The notes under the pieces are model-generated. The model had not been told where the DNA came from and did not search any database. It saw only the letters and a list, made by a program, of their open reading frames with translations. Source: Candidatus Buchananbacteria bacterium (lineage in GTDB: Bacteria > Patescibacteriota > Patescibacteriia > 2-01-FULL-39-33). From it: a DNA stretch of 64,000 nt. A program made the translations under genes and the position numbers. The stretch lies in contig JBAYJM010000003.1 of the NCBI GenBank assembly GCA_041665065.1, positions 5,183-69,182 on the forward strand, given 5' to 3'. This document shows positions 58,879 through 64,000 of this stretch, piece by piece (the stretch's first letter is position 1; every line of letters begins with the position of its first letter).

Positions 58879-59901
58879 ATGAGAAACTTGGCAATTGCAA
58901 TAATGATATTGTTTTCCGGCGCTGTGTCTGCTGACAGTCTCATTCCCGAGATCAAGCTTGGCACTGATGCCACACTGAAAATCTCCGGGTGGGGGCAGAT
59001 CGTTGCCGCCGAGGAAATGTACGGCGGCCTCGAGACTGACCTGGCCGGGCTTCGCATCAACGCCGATCTGAACTGGAATGACTGGGAGTTTTTTACCCAA
59101 GTCAATCTCACCACCGACGGCGAGGAGATCGACTCGGACTGGCTATACCAGGCCTGGGTCGGACACAACATCAGTGAGCACTGGAAGTTGCGCGTCGGAC
59201 GAATTTTCGTGTCCGGTGGCAATATCACTCCGTGCGCATATGATATACGCACAGTGAAGTACCCGGCAGGGATAACTTTCTGCCCGTATGCTACAGGTGC
59301 TCAGTTTGAGGGTCTACTACTCAAAGGGTTAACCTTGATCACGGAAGTGACAGGTAAATCTGGAGTCGCCTTCAACGCCGATGACACCTTCGAGCGAGCC
59401 GAGTTTGGGCTCATGCTTAAGCAGGAATTCGGAGAGAGCGGGAAGCCGGGATATGGATATTTGGCCGGCTACGGTCAGCTCTGCAAGGACTTTCAGCGCT
59501 ACGGCGCCGAGGGTTTCTGGCAACCGATCTCGCGACTCACTCTGATGGGCGCACTCTGCTATACGAAATATGAGTACGACCAGACGAGTGACGAAATCGG
59601 CGGCTACGCCTTAGTCGCCTACCGACTCCTACCTTGGTTCGAACTTCACGGCCAGATCGACCGATTTGAATGCCTGGAGAAAACCTGGGGGGACGTGGAA
59701 TCTTCCAAGGACGAGACCGGCAAGGTCAACATCGACTATGTCGAATATTGCTCGGATGAAACCGAGCTGACGACGTTAACCATCGGCGCGAAGCTAATGG
59801 AACCCACCGATGCTTTCTCGGTCACCGTCGATTGGGAGAAACCCATCGGTGATGATTCGGAGGAGGATCGGTTCCTCCTGAAGGCCCAGGTCAAGTTCTA
59901 A
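58879..59901 (+). CDS. Putative outer-membrane beta-barrel (porin-like), high GC
   Basis: Signal peptide, LKISGWGQ, LYQAWV, LRVGR, amphipathic strands, C-terminal LLKAQVKF beta-signal; SD-like AAGGGGGT. Confidence 0.75.
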   Translation: MRNLAIAIMILFSGAVSADSLIPEIKLGTDATLKISGWGQIVAAEEMYGGLETDLAGLRINADLNWNDWEFFTQVNLTTDGEEIDSDWLYQAWVGHNISEHWKLRVGRIFVSGGNITPCAYDIRTVKYPAGITFCPYATGAQFEGLLLKGLTLITEVTGKSGVAFNADDTFERAEFGLMLKQEFGESGKPGYGYLAGYGQLCKDFQRYGAEGFWQPISRLTLMGALCYTKYEYDQTSDEIGGYALVAYRLLPWFELHGQIDRFECLEKTWGDVESSKDETGKVNIDYVEYCSDETELTTLTIGAKLMEPTDAFSVTVDWEKPIGDDSEEDRFLLKAQVKF

Positions 59902-59917
59902 CTGACCTGAGCCCAAA

Positions 59918-59956
59918 AGGACACATGCTGAAAAGCCTCTGTGTCCTCTTTTTTTT
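59918..59956 (+). terminator. Terminator of the porin-like gene
   Basis: AGGACACA...TGTGTCCT followed by T-tract. Confidence 0.7.
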
Positions 59957-59962
59957 CAAAAT

Positions 59963-60727
59963 TTATTTTTTATCTGCAGACAATATTGCTAATACCATCA
60001 TCTTTTCTACTTGCTCAATAGTTAATCCTACTTCTTTTTCATTAAATATCCTTTTTCCTTCTTCGCTAATATGACAGTTATTCCATGTTATATTTTTAAA
60101 ACCAGCTAAAGTCAAAGCATTAAAATAAGCGTCCTTACTCCAATAATAATTTATAAACTCCGTAACTTCATTATTTATAATATTATGAAGAGTAACTTTT
60201 ATTTGTGATCCATTGATTATTTCATTCCCGATTATGTTCGTAGAAAAATTTATAAACGGATGATATTCTTGAACCGGGTGGTCAGGGTTTTGATTAATAA
60301 GAACTAAACGTCCGCCTAACTTAAGATTTTTTGAAATATTTAACGCATAATTATTTAATTCACTTTCAGTTTTTGCATAATGCAAAATCATAGCTCCGAT
60401 GATAAGATCATAATTTCCTTTATTTATTAACGACATACATCCCACATCTCCATAAATATATTCAATTCCCAAAGTAGATAATTTTTCTTTTTGCTTTGCA
60501 ATATCTAACATAAACTTTGAATTATCAACTCCAGTCACTATAGCCCCATTTTTTGCTAAAAGTCTCGAGCTTCGTCCATCACCGCAACCTATATCTAAAA
60601 CCCTTAATCCAGAAATATTTCCAATTTTTTTCAGCCATGAAGGATATAATATATACTTACGATGGAACATTTCCTCCATTCCCTTATCAGTGTAACCACT
60701 TGAAACCTTATCGTTATATTGATACAT
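59963..60727 (-). CDS. Class I SAM-dependent methyltransferase
   Basis: VLDIGCGDG, GVDNS, ILHYA; very AT-rich. Confidence 0.88.
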   Translation of the reverse strand: MYQYNDKVSSGYTDKGMEEMFHRKYILYPSWLKKIGNISGLRVLDIGCGDGRSSRLLAKNGAIVTGVDNSKFMLDIAKQKEKLSTLGIEYIYGDVGCMSLINKGNYDLIIGAMILHYAKTESELNNYALNISKNLKLGGRLVLINQNPDHPVQEYHPFINFSTNIIGNEIINGSQIKVTLHNIINNEVTEFINYYWSKDAYFNALTLAGFKNITWNNCHISEEGKRIFNEKEVGLTIEQVEKMMVLAILSADKK

Positions 60728-60728
60728 A

Positions 60729-63542
<2,814 letters not shown>

Positions 63543-63546
<4 letters not shown>

Positions 63547-64000
63547 CTTTTATAAAACTTGCTTGAAATTGTTGTTTGTATAATTAATTCCTTGGCATAT
63601 TTACCTGCCGGCTTATTCTTTAATTTCATATAGATTGTCGCCCGAGGCTGAACATTAGAAATAGGGACATTAGAAAAAGGGTCTTTTGATGGCAGAATAA
63701 AAAATTTCAACTCTTCGATCTCCACATTAGGAGAATTAAGACTATCGGCAAAGCCGTCTTGAGAATAAATTAAATTTTTTGTGTTTGGATCATAATATAT
63801 TGAAACTATGCTGTCATACTCATCCGGAAAAAAATTAATGGACGAGGTGGGATTTTGTCCGGGATAAATAGGAATAATTTCCCGGCCCCTGACTTCTTTG
63901 GCGATTTTTTCTACAATATATCTGCCGTCGTTTTGAAGCTTTTGATAATTTGCCGTTTGTTGCTCTAAATTTATGGCATTAACAAAAGTAGACATAATTA
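63543..64000 (-). CDS. PilW-like minor pilin, 5'-truncated by window edge
   Basis: Frame open to the edge; LQNDGRYIVEKIAKEVR, QPRATI, QTTISSK. Confidence 0.7.

Noticed and set aside
58744-59523. Antisense ORFs 58744-59100, 58866-59252 and 59329-59523
   Set aside because: Shadow frames expected in GC-rich coding DNA; no motifs or expression signals

Overview
AT-rich bacterial chromosome segment, genetic code 11. Gene content, near-absent Shine-Dalgarno motifs, PilQ-less type IV pilus loci, a VirB2-like pilin and CPR-type C39/PEGA/TSP3 proteins point to Patescibacteria (CPR, probably Parcubacteria/ABY1-like); this is inference, not a database result. Core content: type IV pilus operon (1-7.1 kb), an isc operon interrupted by rfbB-rfbA, rpmA, pyrG, rplI, ctpA, murA, hit-tatD-cvpA-metG-rsmI-ackA-pduL, rlmH, a TetR-MFP-RND pump, rbr-dfx-dnaG-rpoD, gatCA, ligA, a second pilin cluster and three tRNAs (Ala-CGC, Asn-GTT, Ser-GGA). 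No rRNA, CRISPR array or intact transposase was seen. Most interesting: (1) a 27-32.5 kb cluster with an ECF sigma, a secreted TIKI/TraB-like protein, a secreted protein carrying four double-glycine-leader-like repeats, fasciclin, an orphan structured RNA, a pilin and a C39-like peptidase, a candidate peptide-processing/adhesion system; (2) a self-contained high-GC cassette (58.7-60.0 kb) encoding an outer-membrane-type beta-barrel in a lineage thought to lack an outer membrane; (3) short palindromic elements, one inserted in frame into desulfoferrodoxin; (4) a decayed island beside tRNA-Asn with a serine-recombinase remnant, a NOX-like/cytochrome b5 pair and a large DUF2254-like membrane protein. 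All family calls are by eye from motifs; no searches were run.
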